A DNA stretch of 61,272 bases, the filler included, from Sphacelaria rigidula (taxonomy: Eukaryota), in the NCBI GenBank assembly GCA_964200075.2. It is 10 parts of 10 records of this genome, joined end to end, with 100 filler letters (N's around TTAATTAATTAA, not from the genome) between each part and the next. Parts side by side here need not be neighbours in the genome. Positions count along the whole stretch, not along the records: positions 42,963 to 48,999 come from CAXNAA020022645.1; positions 49,100 to 55,136 come from CAXNAA020022646.1; positions 55,237 to 61,272 come from CAXNAA020022647.1; 7 more parts are not named here. One strand, 5' to 3'. Positions within the stretch are counted from its first letter, which is position 1. Each line of letters starts with the position of its first letter. Made by a program: the position numbers and the translations under genes. Under the pieces are notes generated by a model, which was not told the DNA's origin, did no database searches, and saw nothing but the letters and a program-made list of their open reading frames with translations. Positions 47,657 to 60,135 of the stretch are shown here, piece after piece.

Positions 47657-48921
47657 GAAGGGGCTCTACCGTCTACGGCACCTGACCGCATCCGCCAACG
47701 CTTCGGCGAAAAACCAGGGGACACACGGCTTGGTGTCCCCCCCCCCCCCTCTTCAAGAACTCGAATTTTCGATCTTGGCGCCTACGTGTCCCGAAAACAA
47801 ATTTCAGCTGCCCCTTGGGCTATCCCGTGACTTTCTGTTCTTAGTTGTTGACCCGTCCCCTTTTTTCGGGGCTGATCAACACTTCCCCCATTAGGCGGCC
47901 TGATAGGTTGCGCTCTTTCCAAACTTTCTCAGACAGTTCTCGCTAGGTACATGTTAATGCTTCCGAAACGAACTGCGCTCCCTCCCCTTCAGCTCTGACG
48001 TAAATCATGAACGCTTGAGATTTCCAACTACCCGCCCTCTGGATTTGCAAGGGGGTTGCTCCTTGTGCTGCTAGTTTTGTGGCTCCCCCAATCCTTCCTG
48101 AGTGGAGAGCGTACTACCTAGGGCCCTTCCCTGCGTGACTTGCTAGTTGGCGTTAAGCTGTGGTAGCCTCGTTGCGCGTGATCACTTTCCACCCCTTCCC
48201 ACTCCAGGTCTGCATCAGTGGCGCTTGTGCGCCTAGGCTAGGGTAATACTCGAGTAATTCAAGCAGTAGTTCTAATGCACCGTTGATCTGTTGACTGTGT
48301 ACTTCTTCCTGACCCACTGGGATCCTTCTTCTAGTTACTACTGCTCCTTGACGTTTTTGATCCACCTTGGAGGCCTTAAACGTAACCTCCACCATGTCCA
48401 CTTTTCTCCTGCTAACCCCTTCAAGTTGGTCTGATCCTTGATAAATGTTTAGATCACCTCTGGTGAGACAAAATTCGGAACGTACTAATCCGGTGTTGTA
48501 TGCCCAGATTTCGGAGGCTCTACACAGGAGAAAATACGACAGTGCCAGACCGATCCACTTGATGCGTTGCTCCACTGACTCCGCACTACTTGTCCCTTTT
48601 GCATTCAAGATGTCTGTCAAGGGTTTCCTCACTCTCCTCTCAACGTCGCCTCTCCCATGCATCCTGTCAATGCCCTTCCTTGTATATCGCAGTTAACATA
48701 CAGTGTCGAGTGGGTAGCTCCCACCCCGCCAACATCTTATGAAAATTCTGAATAGCGGACAAATACGATCGTACAGTTGAGCTCTGGTTCCCGTGGCAGA
48801 ACACCCTACTCGCCATGAACGTAGTGAGGGAATTCACTGCGGCTAGCTCTCCGTCTTCTTCTCGTAAAAGGGCCTGCTCCCCCCGAGCGTCTCTCCACTT
48901 AATCCATGTCTCGAACTGCCG
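47657..48921 (-). mobile_element. 3' part of a tyrosine-recombinase retroelement (Ngaro/DIRS-like)
   Basis: YR gene followed by a non-coding terminus that recurs at 10740-10898. Cut at 48922 by another transposon end. Confidence 0.8.
47943..48921 (-). pseudogene. Tyrosine recombinase (disrupted)
   Basis: Core-binding region STVRSYLSAIQNFHK; catalytic motifs YFLLCRASE (R), YALHSGRIGGAT (HxxR) and RAGSWKSQAFMIYVR (W...Y). One frameshift and in-frame stops. Confidence 0.93.
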
Positions 48922-48999
48922 AAGAGTCATCCTACGATAGGGGGGGGGGGTATTTTGGGCCATTTGTTGCTCGAAAATTCAGGCAAGACCGTCGTTGCA
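48922..48999 (+). mobile_element. Terminus of the same unclassified DNA transposon as 12277-12348
   Basis: AAGAGTCATCCTACGATAGGGGGGGGGGGTATTT...gttgc.cgaaaa. Confidence 0.7.
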
Positions 49000-49626
49000 N
49001 NNNNNNNNNNNNNNNNNNNNNNNNNNNNNNNNNNNNNNNNNNNTTAATTAATTAANNNNNNNNNNNNNNNNNNNNNNNNNNNNNNNNNNNNNNNNNNNNC
49101 CCCCCCCCCTAGAATTCGTCGGATTGAAATATATCACGTAAACCAGTGGCCATTTTCTCTCCCACAGAAATACGAAAAGCAGCTTAAAAGCAGCTGTGAT
49201 CTCGCGCCGATCATATGGGGACATATACCTCGATGCACGGGGAGTTCAGCAATCATCCATAGCTTGAATGAAAAGCCCGAAGACGGATAAACGATGTAGT
49301 GCATTATCTGTGGGCCACGAAGCCTTCTAGAGCCTTATACGCAGCAAAGTGACACAGCTGTGTTGAACAGGGAGCAGGATGATTCATGGCGGACTGGTGC
49401 CAAAAGGATGACGCACAGACAGCGATACGGTACGCGAAAGCTGCAGGCCAAGATGCACCGACAGCACCTGTGACCGACAGTACCAACACCCACTAGTCAT
49501 ATAGCCTACGCCAGACACGTGAAGCATTGTGTTTAGTCCCCGTCTCCGAATTGCTCACCTCTTGTTCCTGGTGGTTCCATGTCTGTTTTTTGTTTCGTCT
49601 GTGATCCAACCCCCCTCCCCCCCGTC

Positions 49627-50936
49627 ATGTATGGAAGAAACGTAGTGAGCGAATGTTAACAATGCACGATAATACTCGTCTGTAACGAAGAGAACAAAAA
49701 TTCGGAAGAGTTCAAATGCAAGTGGGGAGAAGAAGAACTGCCGATTGTAGACCAGTGTACATACCTTGGCGTAGAGATCTGAAAACACTGTTGTTGGGGT
49801 GTACACATAAACAAAGTAGTAGAAAAGGGTAACGGACAGATAGAAAAAATGGACGTGATCCTGAGAGATTCGCACTTAGACACTAGGACTAAGAGATGTA
49901 TCCCAATGAACGTGATCGTACCAAAGCTGGAATATGCAGGAGAAGTTTGGGAGGGGTACGTGAAGTTGGTGGAGAGGTTAGAAACACTACAGATGGTAGC
50001 AGCTAAGAAGATACCTGGGTGCTCGAAAACGACGAGTAAATCAGCACTGAGAGAATAATTGGGAATGTGCTCACTTAAAATAAACAGAGACATGAGGAAA
50101 TTGAGATGACAACATAGCGTAAAAAACATGTAGAGAAAGAGACTGCCAGGTACTGTTGACAAGGCTGTATGGAAGAAATGTACGAAAGGGCGTGCTATAA
50201 GGTTGGAAAGAAAAGTTGAGAAAGTATGGAAGGAGACAGGGGGAAACCAAGACGGAATACTGTTCATAGGTGAAGGTGCGTGGTACAAGACAAAAGTGAA
50301 AGACATAATAGAGATGAGGGACGAAGGAGCGCTCAGACGCAAGGTTGACGAGGAAGAACACCTGACGATATACGGAAGAAAACATATCTGTATGCAAGGT
50401 TGAGAGAGGGGATTGGGATGAAAACATATCTGTATGGTCCCATACACGCGGCGAATAAATTGAAACTGCGATTTCGGGTGGGGGACCTGGACCTGCCAGA
50501 AAGAAGAAAGAGATGAACCAGCAGTCGAAAGAAGAAGGTAAGAGATGCACAGAACTGCCTCTGTGGCAAAGCAATGAAGAGCAGAAGCCACATAGCTGCA
50601 GAATGTGAACTATATAAGGAGGAAAGGGACGTGCTAGAGGGGGAAATGAGGGACGTGAACGAAGATGGCATGACATCGTTTGATTCATTGGACACTAGAG
50701 AGAAAACGATGGTTATACTAAGAGATGGATGGTGGCCAGAGACGACGGAACAGGACGGGAATAAGATGTGTAAAAGATCTTTGTGCGATGTATGGCGATG
50801 TATGGAAGAAACGTAATGAGCGCCGAGTTGTTGAAGGTGTTGAAGGTGTTTCTATTGGGGATATGAACGGTGCTCCGTCTCGGTAGAGATGCGTGGTCAG
50901 TGGTCAAACGACTAAGGCAAGCAACAGATGAGTACG

Positions 50937-50971
<35 letters not shown>
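49627..50971 (+). mobile_element. LINE (non-LTR retrotransposon): RT C-terminus and 3' end, followed by a C35 run
   Basis: LPIVDQCTYLGVEI, PKLEYAGEVW, LETLQMVAAKKI, CLCG...SRSHIAAEC (C-terminal Cys/His motif), with many stops. Ends ATGAGTACG then C at 50937-50971. Confidence 0.93.
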
Positions 50972-50972
<1 letters not shown>

Positions 50973-51039
50973 AAGTCGACGGTTTTATGACTATGGCATG
51001 TATGATCATGAGTACACCCCCCCCCCCCGCCCCCCCCAA

Positions 51040-51251
51040 AAGAAACTACTAACGCGTAGGCAGAGACAAATGTATATAAGTCAAAACGGGAGGATAGAGC
51101 CTCGACTTAATTTTGCAGAGAGAATTCACCAGAGATTAAGTAAAGGAGTGCGTATCTAAACTCAAGAACGTAAGGCAGCAGGGACAGACGAAATAGTGAA
51201 TGGACCTCTCAAGTACGGGGCAGAGGGGATGTTTACCATGACGGTTATGCT
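51040..51251 (+). mobile_element. LINE fragment, RT N-terminal region
   Basis: QREFTR..VKECVSKLK..KAAGTDEIVNGPLKYGAEGM (KAxGxD motif). Interrupted at 51252 by the Gypsy element. Confidence 0.85.
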
Positions 51252-54200
51252 TGTGACGAAATCACCCCGTCACGTTGAGTATATAGTGATGATACGGATG
51301 ATGACATGGACACAGGGGTGATACCCTGATGTGGTTCATAAAGCATGTACCTGGGTGGCACTGAAGGATAATAAAATGTGTTATGCAGGCTAACAACTGA
51401 AGCCTAAGGCCAGTGGAACTTGGGACTCCCTCAACGGCATTAGACGCTGCAGTACTAGAAATCTGCTGGCGTCACCATATCGATATTAGTGCTACCCGTG
51501 CTAGTAGTGCTATCGCAAGTGACTGCTGGAATTTGTTCAGTAGAGAGGAGTCTGGACAGCTTCGGACATACTGCTGCACGGACGCGTGGGGAGGGTTCAA
51601 GCTGAGGTAGCTGCAAAGGCGGCTGGCCCGTGATTGATCCAGAATGGAGGCTTGCTGGAGCTGCGTGCAGCGGGAGTTTAGAGGATCCTACGGCTGTGTG
51701 GTGCGGCGACGAAGGCAGGTGTGAACTGTGGAATTCAAGAAGGTTCAGAAGCCTTCGATTGGGTCCGCTCGGAAATGTCGACTACAAAGGTACCGACCAA
51801 AGAGCCAGCGGAGACGACCGTAACCCCAGTTGTTCTGAGAGAAGAGTTGCGGCCTCCCAGTTACAGGAATTTGTATTCTGAGTGTGCTTCTCGTACGTTT
51901 TATACGAAATATGCGGAATACAAGAATCGGGTGGAGCATGCGAATGCGGGGGGTGCAGTGAGGCATCAGGTCGTATCCATGGCGCAACTCGTGCCTACCC
52001 CCCTCCAACGCGTTTTTGCGAGAAGATTCCACGAGAATAACACAATAACGCCGCTGCAATTGGCTACAGCGGTCAAGAAGCATGTAGGGCATGCGGCGGG
52101 CGCTGAGATAGAGCTAACCCCGACGTCCACGGCCGTGGCGAAGGCTGTCGCCATGAACCACAAGGGAAAGACCATGCGTGAGGGTGTGGAGCCAATCATG
52201 GGAAAGTTGGAGATATATTTTTCCGAAACCCCCAACGTCGAGATGGTTTATCGTTCCTCCGATGGGAAATTCTGTTCAGGGCCCGCTGCGGTGATCACGA
52301 AAGCGATGGTGGACGGTCTGGCACCTGCCGAATTCAAACAGGCCGTGCTTGTGAAATTATAGCACGAAACCAGTTGGAAGTCAGACCCGTACTTAGATAT
52401 GGATATCGTGGTAGCTGAGGCTCAGGCATGGCGGAAGATTGAAGTATTCGGGAAATCATCAACTTCGTCGACGCAGTCTTCGAGCTCGCGTAAGCGCGGA
52501 TCAAACTCCGCAGGCAGTGCAGTCGCCAATATCTCTTGCCTTCAGTGTGTCCAGGTAGGCCACTACGCACGCAATTGCCCAACGCCTTCCGAGGGGGAGT
52601 CTGGGCAGACAAGTGCCGCGCGCCCTCGCGATCACAAAGGAGGAAAAGGTTATCGGGGTGGTGGCGGAGGCGGATCCTCCAGCGGTGGAGCTGTGCAGTC
52701 GAGTTCCCAGCAGCAGCAGCAGCAGCAGCGGCGTCAGCAGGGGTCCGGGACTGGGTCCGGCTCAGCCGCAGGGCAGCTGCTCCGCAACGGGCTGTGCAGG
52801 TGGAACCGACCACGCAAGTGTCGGGCTCGGTGCCGGCGCTGCCGGCAGCAGAGCAAGGCGAGACGCCTGCTGCTGAGCCGACCGGATTTCAGCTGAAATT
52901 TGGGTCCGTTCCTACGTCGGCCGGAGTACCGCTGCAATTTGGTTCTGCGGGCGAGGCTTCGTACCCGCCGGCGGTGCCGGTTACCCCAGCGGGGGCGTCT
53001 ATGCTTGCGCCGCACGCGCAGCCGTGACGCCAAGTGGGGATGACGACCAATCAGTCGGCGGAGCAGGTGCCGGTCGAGTATCAAGGAAAACATATTCCTG
53101 CAGATTTATATCTCTCAAATCAACGGGCGCGGGGAGCCATGTCGGTCAACGCTGTCTTGGGTTCAGGCGCCCATTTCGCGAGCGTGTCGGTGCTGATTGT
53201 GAAGAGATGCTGGAGCGTCTACTCCCTGGTGAGCAAATCCGCATCCCGTTCTCGCTCGGAGCGTAGGCCATCACTGCATCGGGACAACGTGTAAATGTCA
53301 CGGAGCGTACGATTTCCCTACAGTTGGCGTTCAGAACAACCTGGGGGCCAGCGAAATTACCCCCAATATCGTTTGCGATCATGCAGGAAACGGATGGTGT
53401 TGTTCCGATCGGCTTACCGACGATTCGGGGACTCGGAGTTGACCCGTATAATCGGCTGTTAGAGTCCCTAAAAACGCAAATGCCGTCGCCAGGTTCGAGT
53501 GTCGAGACGCCCGCTTTTTTGGCCAGTCGCAGAGTGAGCTTGTCGGTTGATGCTCTCCAGAAAGCGGGGGGGCAGGTGTCCGAGGAGCGTGATGAGGCGG
53601 TGAAACGCTTAGTGGAGCGTGGTCCCGATATGTTTATGGAGCCGACAGAAGAGGAGTCCGCGCGAATGGCTGCGCTGGAGGAAAGCGTGACGGATGCTGT
53701 GGCAAATGACCTCAACGTCTCAAAAGCGGAGCGCTTGCGTGGCATATTGTATCGCCGCGTTAACGCGTTTCGTCGTGCGCTGATGAGTGATCCCACTGGG
53801 CGCGTGGAACCCATGATGGTTACACTGAAGCCAGGGGCGATCGCGGTGAAGGCAAAACCGAGGAGGTATGATCCGGTAGAGTCCAGTTGCTTAGCTTCTT
53901 GCATGAGAGCTCTTGTGGCGTTTGGGTTGGTGTTCAGGAATCTACAGGCGGTGTGATCCAGTCCAGCGATGGCGGTGCCGAAAAAGGACCATTTCCGTCT
54001 TGTCAGCGATTACGGAACCGTCCATGATCAGGTTGGAGCAATTGCCGGGTGTCATGCCCAATCAGGAGTCCGATATGATAGACCTGTTGAGCGCGCGATG
54101 CTTCGGTAAGTTGGACCTCCTACAGAGGTATTGGCAGATGCCGTTGGCCGAAGAGGCGCAAGAGATACTCACCATAACGAATCCGTTTTGCATGTTTACC

Positions 54201-55100
54201 CCGCAACGAGTACCGCAAGGCGTGTTGAATGCCAATTCCTATTTTAAAGGTGTCACGGTAGAGTTTTGAGATGGCTTGAAATGATTGATCTGGGGGGATG
54301 ATGTCTTTTTCTTCGCCGATACGGAAGACCCACTGTTGGATACGCTTGATGCAATCTCGGCTCGCTTAGAGAGTGTTGGTCTGTTTGCAGCTGCCCATAA
54401 GTGTACCGTTTTTTCTAGTGAATTAGTGTGGTGTGGGAAAGTATGTTCACACGGCCGCGTCTCGCATGACCCGGTCCGCTTGCAAGGTTTGTCTGATATG
54501 CGGTGTCCAGAAACAGCAGCAGAACTAATGCAATCCCTGCACGCAATGAACTGGTTGCGTACCTCGTTGCCACGTTTGTCCGAAGTAGTGGCGCCTTTGC
54601 GTGTTTTCCTAGAAGAACTCATGGTGGAGGCTGCAAGGCGCACGAAGCGGGGGGCCAAAAACCGCGTTATTTCGCCCGCATCGTGGACGGAGGACAGGCT
54701 GCAGGCATAGGCGGAAGCGAAGAATCCGGTGGCTCATACCGTGATGCTGTTCCATCCCCGCCCTGGTTGCCAGGTGCTGATGTTTCCGGATGCATCCGAG
54801 TGTCATTGGGATAGTTTTGTAACGCAGGTGCCTGATGTAGACATGCAACAACGGTTGTCGATTGAAGACATGACGCATGAACCGCTGGCCTTTCTTGGGG
54901 GTAGTTTCAAGGGTTCACAGATGCCTTGGGCAACCGTTGTCAAGGAAGGTTTTGCTATCGTGAGCACTTTTCGTCGTCTCGAGCACCTATTGTGGAATGG
55001 TGTGCACATTTTCATGGATCACGGAAATCTAGCGTACATTTTCAACCCGGAGGCATGCGTGACGTCTGTGTCGAAGGCATTGGCACAGCGATTGGAGGGG
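51252..55100 (+). mobile_element. Decayed Ty3/Gypsy element: 5' LTR, gag, PR, RT, RH
   Basis: Starts TGTGAC inside a LINE. gag ~51720-52900 with knuckle CLQCVQVGHYARNC; protease AVLGSGA (~53150, catalytic D lost); RT VKAKPRRY, FRLVSDY, KLDLLQRYWQ, PQGVLNA, IWGDD; RNase H MFPDASECHW. Confidence 0.95.
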
Positions 55101-55118
55101 GCGTACTCATTTGTTGCT
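55101..55118 (-). mobile_element. LINE 3' tip inserted antisense at a G-run in the Gypsy RNase H
   Basis: Reverse complement AGCAACAAATGAGTACGC joins directly to CCCCTCCAAT of the Gypsy coding sequence (LAQRLEG). Confidence 0.75.
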
Positions 55119-55974
55119 TGAGTACGCCCCCTCCAANNNNNNNNNNNNNNNNNNNNNNNNNNNNNNNNNNNNNNNNNNNNTTAATTAATTAANNNNNNNN
55201 NNNNNNNNNNNNNNNNNNNNNNNNNNNNNNNNNNNNAATGAAAAGCACCATCCTCAACATAGATTATCGGCTGTTTCTGTGCCTCTGCACGGCTCGCACA
55301 AAACTACAGTCAGTAAACTGTTTACTGTATAATAGGTGCAGGTCTATTTCTCCGCACAATTCGCACCAAACTACAGTACGTACACTATGATACTGTGATA
55401 TCTGTGTAGCTGTACGGATATCCCCCCGCAAGCCCGCACAGGTCGTACGCACAGCACAACCACACCGCAAGCCGACATCCCAAGGTAGCATGGTGCCCAA
55501 CTTTTGTACGGAGACGAGAACCCTAAGACAACACACCCGCACGTGTGTAGTACAGTGTGCTCGACCCACTTCCACTCGCGACGTCGTGCACTCAGCACAC
55601 TCACTACCCCACACGCATGTTGCCGGATCTCAATTCCTGCGACAGCGGGTCTCTCTTTTTCTTTCCGCACGCACGTACAGCCCACTAGGTCTACCCGTAA
55701 CCTGTTTCATACGTCCCCTTGGTTGTACTGCCAGCCAGTAGCTATTGACTGAGCACGCACCGTTCCTTACTCACGATGCCACCCCAGAAACTCTCGTGCT
55801 CTCCATAGCCCTCCCACGCAGAACCCCATTCGGATCACGATATTCTTTGCCCGGGCATACATCGCATAGTACTACGTTGGGAGGCGCTCGCTTTGCTGAT
55901 TAGCAGGTACTTAACCTCAGTACTTGTCACGGTAGGGCGGTAGGGCCCGGCCGCCAGGCCCACCATGCACCTGC

Positions 55975-57253
55975 CACACGTGGACAAATAGCACCCTGTG
56001 GGGCACGTCTACAGGGTTCAGGGAAACTGTGCAGTGTTTCTCGCGGGGATCTGGCTGTAGTTCCTTTTTTGCGCCCCACAGGACGCTTCACGGGGTTCAG
56101 GGAAACTGTGCAGAGTTTCTCGCGGGGATTTGACGGTAGAGTATTATTTTGTGCCACACAGGGCGCTTAACAGGGTTTCGTCACTCCGTGTAGAATTCAT
56201 CGCTGTTAATATTCTTTGCAGCCTTTATAGCACGCATACAATATACTCCATACAGAGTGGGCATGGTACTGGCAGAAGAAAGTCGAGAAATGGCAGGGGT
56301 GAGCATTGAACTAATGATTTTGTGCTCGGGAGTAGGCTGTCTATTGAGCTACCTGTTTTGGTGGTACCAACGACATTATTTTGTGCTTCTAATAACTATC
56401 AAACAAAGCCTCTATAGACAAAAGCATACTAGGTTGAGTGATGTTGGTAGACTGCGGACCACGGGGCTTTCAAAAGCAATGTGCAATCATATGCGAGGTA
56501 CATACCGTCATCCCAATATCCACGTCTTGAGCGAAAGCGTCGTATGTAAACTCGTAGGCGTATGGACATACACTCGATCGTAATCAGTGTATCGGATCTC
56601 CATTCAGCAAAAGCTGTTGAGAATTATTGATCCTTTCGCCCATCCATGTGCATACACCGGGGGGCAAAAGGATGAATTACTTTGAACAATTTTTCTGCTT
56701 GTCGGATCCCATATGCTGATAACGGTGCAGTATGCGGGATATGCTCAGCTGACGCTGTTCGCAATAAATATCTTTTTGCCCTATTTCCGGACGAATTGGA
56801 AGGCAAGGTTAATATTTATTTCGAGCTTCTTCTGCTGTTCAAATTCCAAATCTGCCAGTGTGCATGGGATTTGCGCAGCAAAATAAGTTGTCGAAATGTC
56901 TTTTTTTTGCCCAAATAAATTGGGCGAAAAAAGGATCTGTTTGGAACAACTTCTCCTGCTGTCCAAGATGAATTCCTTTTTGCCCGATTCAAATCGGGCA
57001 AAAAGGAGTTTATCTCGGACAGCAGGAGAAGCTATTCCAAAAAAATATATTGAGAGATTTTGTACCAAGATAATTTGGAATTTTCCAAATTGGGAAAGCC
57101 TCTCCACAGGGTTGCTTGCAGGGTTTCGACAAAAACGCAAAGGAAAATGCTATTACAGGTACTAGGGTTTGCAAATGCTACTCAGGGGTTTTCACAAAGA
57201 CTGTGGAGAACCCTGTGCAGCTCGTCCTACAGAGTGCTATTTTTCCACGTGTA
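55975..57253 (-). mobile_element. Non-autonomous DNA transposon, 1.28 kb, copy B
   Basis: End-to-end inverted copy of 45644-46918 with the same TIRs. No clear TSD. Confidence 0.88.
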
Positions 57254-57844
57254 CGGTAATGGATCCCGGCCCGTCTTCACATGTCGAATAGCCCACCGCC
57301 GACCTTCGCAGCGCACGAAGGCTACGTGTGCTCCTGTCAGTACAGATGCTTACACCGCAGCACTTAGCGCCGGCGTCGAAACCGCGGCTCGCGACAACAT
57401 CGCTGTTGCTTCGTTCTCCACCCCCCCCCGCCGTCCGCCCCCGCCCCGAAAAAGAAAAAAAAAAAGGAGGAACAAACAAACAAACAAATAAACAAATGCA
57501 CAGATGGGTGCGCCGTACACGCCCACCCGACTTGCTGCCACCCATCTAATCTCGATTTCGGCCAGTACAGCATCATTTCCGACGCAGCACAGTGCACGTC
57601 CACCCGACCCTTTGTGGGTCGTACAGTACATGAAGCACAGTACACGCGCAGCCTGGATAGCACAGATGGGTACACCATTACAAGTACACAGCAGGCGTGG
57701 GAGACTCCGCACACTTCCAGTTTGCTGTTGCCCATACAGTACAGATTCGGGCAAGTACAGTATCGATTCGGATGCTGCATAGTTCACGTCCACCCGACCC
57801 CCCGTTGCCCGTACAGTACTTCCAGCACAGTACACGCCCATCCG

Positions 57845-58298
57845 GCTGGGCCCTTTGCCGCCGATACAGTACACTTAGCAGCACAGCACAGTACAAGTGC
57901 CGCCGAGACGCGGCACCGCACAAGTCCCCCTGGCTTTCAGCCGCCTGTAGAGTACAGAGTGGGACCGATACAAGCACACGTCCACCCAGGTCTTCGCCGC
58001 CCACACAGCACAGGTGGGGGCGTTAGCACAGTACACGTGCGGATGACGCGACGTACACGCCCGTACAGCCCTTACCACATAGCACACGCGCACTCGGCTC
58101 GGCCCTTCTCCGCCGATACACTACACTTTGGGGCGTAGCACAGTACAAGTGCAGCCGAGACGCGGCACTGCACAAGCCCGCCTGGCCTTCAGCCGCCTGT
58201 CGAGTACAGTCCGGGACCGGCACGGACATACTCCAGCCCAGTTCTTCGCCGCCCACACAGTACACGTGGGGGCGTAACAGTACACGTGGGATGACGCG
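57845..58298 (+). repeat. ~250-bp-period duplication within a CAGTACA-rich region
   Basis: 57845-58050 vs 58097-58298 (gcacagtacaagtgc.gccgagacgcggcac...tcttcgccgcccacacag...gtgggggcgt...gatgacgcg). Confidence 0.88.
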
Positions 58299-58665
58299 AA
58301 GCACAGCACACGCTCGCCTGTACCCACGCAGCACCACAGAACCCTATGTTATGCCAGAAACCCTGTAGCTGAAGTACGGTCAACACCGACTCAATGCAAG
58401 ACGGTCCCACAACATACATACCGTCCGCTCAGACGTTGTTCGTACTAGTCCAGTCAGCCCCTTCACACGAAGCCCGTGTGACACAGCTCATGCGCAGTAC
58501 TCAGCATTTGTACACGCGGTTTGTGAGCACACCAGCCCACGACTTCTGCTAAATGAAAGCGAGACCGATCCAGCCTAAGAGTCCGACAGCACAACAACAG
58601 TCGCACGACCCCGTTCGCCCGACCCGTCCCATGCTATATTCCCAACGCTGTAGTTCGAACTAAAG

Positions 58666-59424
58666 ATGAGCCAAGCAGCGGCGGACGCTCATGTTCATGA
58701 GGATGCACGCTTCACGCCCCTCACGCGAGTCACGGACCAACTCGGCACCATGTTCGCCCATCTAGCTGCGATGGAGCGGTTGGCCGAGGGGCAGCCCTCA
58801 CTCCGTCGCGAGATGAAGTAGGTGCGGAACCTCCGCGACGATGTTGAGGAGAGTCTCGCGCGGCGTTCACCGGTGTTAACTGCCCTGCTCCTCAACAAAC
58901 GGTTCAGTGCCACCTCCTCCCGGCGCTCGCCGGCCGCAAGCAAGGCTCTCCAGGCAGAGATCAAGGGCATAGCGACGTCCATGGGCAGTAAGCACACTGC
59001 CTTAGAGACCGCCCCGGATTGGTACCCAGACATTTGTGCGGGGGGAGGGTTCAGGGCTCTGCTGAGCCCGCCGGCGCAATACCCCTCACCCTACCATCTA
59101 CAGCCGACCCCCACACATCCACGCCTGTCCTACCAGCCGGCGCCATTTTCTGGTGCCGCCAACCACTACAGCACCGGTGAACCCTACGCAGCGGGGGGGC
59201 GGAGAGGGAGGAGACAACACCATACCCGCGGCGGCAGCAGAGGAGGAGGCCGGGGAGGTCCCGGTAGGAGAGGCAGTGGTGGCTGGGGCTCCGGAGCACC
59301 ACTCTAGTGCCAGAAATGCACCGACGCGGGTCAACCCGCGAACCACTCTTACGTCCATTGCTCGCTCACAGTCTGTTGGCGATGTATGAAACCGGGACAT
59401 CTCGTTAAGCACTGCCCCGAATGA
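58666..59424 (+). pseudogene. gag-like ORF of a DIRS-like element, with two zinc knuckles
   Basis: One frame from ATG 58666 with two in-frame TAGs (58819, 59305), an RGG-rich tract, then CQKCTDAGQPANHSYVHC and CWRCMKPGHLVKHC, stop at 59424. Confidence 0.8.
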
Positions 59425-60135
59425 TATAGCAGAATTCAAGTCTGATTTGTTAAGTTAGCACAGGGTTACCACACCTTCTTTGAGGTGGCTTACACCGTAG
59501 GACACTCGGAAACGTGTCGACCCCGGCCTGCACATGTCCTGTATCATAGATTAATGGGCGAGACATATGTTGCATACCGTTTCAAGGGATGGGATAAACA
59601 TGAATTGAATACTGTTTGCTGCTCTGTTGCCCCGATGGCGAGTTCGGCTCGGATTATTAGTGCCACGCTACACATGATGGAGCCCGGTTCGGCGACAGGT
59701 CGAACCCACCGCTGTATTGCAGAATACCCGAGGGGGATTTTTACTTTTCCCCACAACACAAGAAGATTACACACTCTCCTCTCGCAACACCACACCCCGC
59801 GCAGCTTACTTATGCCCTTTATATCCTATATGTGGACTGGAAAGAATACTAAGCCGATGTAACCCAGTCCACTACAATTGACCCCAAAGTGTCATGTTCA
59901 CCCTGAAGATGAAATGAGTGCCGGATGATCTGAAAACGTCATCATCCGACATAATGCAGCCCCAATGCCCCGCCTGCAACCCTTTGAGCCTCGCCTTCAC
60001 TCGTTCCTCAGACTCTGGTACGCAGTGGGATACGTGAAAGCGCTCGCTCTGAAAAGGAAACAGTGAAATTTCTATTGGATCCAAAATATCTATACATACA
60101 CGACACGTCCGTCCAACGATTTTGTATTTGATTGT

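Noticed and set aside
48940..48971. G-run plus CATTTGTTGCT as another antisense LINE tail
   Set aside because: Better explained as part of the DNA-transposon end shared with 12277-12348; not counted as evidence for the LINE finding.
49656..50591. 311-aa minus-strand ORF (also 50071..50688, 53146..53904 and 13915..14430)
   Set aside because: Antisense shadows of LINE or Gypsy coding sequence; the recognisable motifs are on the opposite strand.
55092..55136. Perfect 18-bp hairpin TTGGAGGGGGCGTACTCA / TGAGTACGCCCCCTCCAA
   Set aside because: It sits at the contig end and mirrors the Gypsy-LINE junction exactly, so a library fold-back or assembly artefact is more likely than a terminator or TIR.
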